Source: Pseudomonadota bacterium (GTDB lineage Bacteria; Pseudomonadota; Gammaproteobacteria; Ga0077536). Taken from it: a stretch of 61,871 nt of DNA. The notes beneath the pieces were generated by a model. The model ran no database searches and was not told where the DNA came from. It saw nothing but the letters and a program-made list of their open reading frames with translations. The stretch lies in the NCBI GenBank assembly GCA_027618655.1, contig JAQCEL010000003.1, positions 1 to 61,871 of the forward strand, given 5' to 3'. Both the position numbers and the translations under genes were made by a program. This document shows positions 61,110 to 61,871 of this stretch, piece after piece; the stretch's first letter is position 1; each line of letters starts with the position of its first letter.

Positions 61110-61871
61110 TCAAGAGCCACCAGCCGTTGCACTCCGGTGGTTGCGCCGAACCACGGTACCTGGCGTAACTCGCTCAAGCCAGCCCCGGAGCCGTTTGGCG
61201 ACGACGTCTTCGTATCCGGTAAAGCTCGCGTCTGCGCCGTCGATCACGATTAAATCAACGCGATGCTCGCGTTGGCGCGTTTTTGCGGCGCGCGCTTGAT
61301 GCTTGAGCAAGGCTTCATGATCTCTCGTTCCGACAATATCAAGTAGCGGGATGTCAGTCCCGGTTAAATCCTCAGACCAAAGACCGAGGCCGATGACTGC
61401 TACGACGCCTGCTGGAGAATCTTTGGTGATGCATTGAATAACAACATTTGCACCACCTGCGTCACCTACAATGACGATGTTTTCGATAGCCTGGCGTCGC
61501 ACATAATCGATTGCGGCGTTTAGGCGTAAGCGTGCCTCCTCCTTGTCCTGCGGCGCACTCGTCGATGCTTGGTTGCTCCTTTCGCTCGCTTGAATTGAAA
61601 GTGATGCCCAACCGGATCCAGCAGCGACCTGGGCGATGGTGCGATGCGTAAGCGAGCTTTCTACAATACGTCCATTCGCGATATTGATAATTATTGCGCC
61701 GCTTGGGGGTTGAATTTCAGCGTCGCGATAAACGGCGAGAAATTCCTGATCTTGCGCGTCTAGCCAGATAATTTCGGCACCGTTTAACGTGAATTGCAGG
61801 CGGCAGTATATTCCAATAGCCAGATGATACTGAACGACGGTGTTTGATAGTGGCGGTATGATGCCCGCTAT
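61110..61871 (-). CDS. Alpha/beta-hydrolase-like protein (DUF3530-like), 5' end outside the window
   Basis: I translated the minus-strand frame by hand and it stays open from 61502 to the window end (..LNGAEIIWLDAQDQEFLAVYRDAE..NIVIVGDAGGANVV..). The ORF-track entry 61110..61502 is therefore only the C-terminal part. The family assignment is tentative. Confidence 0.6.
   Translation of the reverse strand: MAGIIPPLSNTVVQYHLAIGIYCRLQFTLNGAEIIWLDAQDQEFLAVYRDAEIQPPSGAIIINIANGRIVESSLTHRTIAQVAAGSGWASLSIQASERSNQASTSAPQDKEEARLRLNAAIDYVRRQAIENIVIVGDAGGANVVIQCITKDSPAGVVAVIGLGLWSEDLTGTDIPLLDIVGTRDHEALLKHQARAAKTRQREHRVDLIVIDGADASFTGYEDVVAKRLRGWLERVTPGTVVRRNHRSATAGGS

Noticed and set aside
1-61871. A search for CRISPR arrays, IS elements, integrases, prophage genes, toxin-antitoxin pairs and known defence-system genes.
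   Set aside because: I found none. There are no spaced direct-repeat arrays. No ORF has transposase, recombinase or phage signatures. Intergenic regions are short, at most about 340 nt.

Overview
This window reads as conserved core chromosome of a gammaproteobacterium, at roughly 50% GC judged by eye. Gene order resembles Pseudomonas-type synteny blocks joined together. The blocks are: pilP-pilQ-aroK-aroB-(dGTPase-like)-(AAA/SPOR)-gltBD-hemE; miaB-phoH-ybeY-corC-lnt on the minus strand; pcnB-folK-(dNK)-panC on the minus strand; tRNA-Glu; lptG | pepA-holC-valS; cysE-iscR-sufABCDS-sufT-ndk-rlmN-pilW-rodZ-hisS-yfgM-bamB-der; and dapA-bamC | gcvR-phoH2, followed by perM, parA-queG, a large acyltransferase/hydrolase fusion and a partial DUF3530-like gene. 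I support about 55 CDS, one tRNA, one clear intrinsic terminator and a few promoter or operator candidates. I saw no transposase, integrase, CRISPR array, phage genes or recognisable defence island, and I cannot point to a clearly novel multi-gene system. The observations most worth a second look are listed here. (1) A perfect 22-nt inverted repeat sits exactly on the TAG stop codons of two outward-facing genes, bracketing a 9.7-kb segment. (2) The ISC operon has been replaced in situ by an IscR-headed SUF operon with tandem IscR type-1-like boxes. (3) A 765-aa acyltransferase/unknown/alpha-beta-hydrolase fusion protein. (4) lptF, ispG and panB are absent from their canonical positions. (5) Two consensus -10 hexamers (gltB and ndk) are each followed by a T8 tract, which resembles UTP-sensitive reiterative-transcription promoters. 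All functional calls come from motif and synteny recognition by eye, without database searches.
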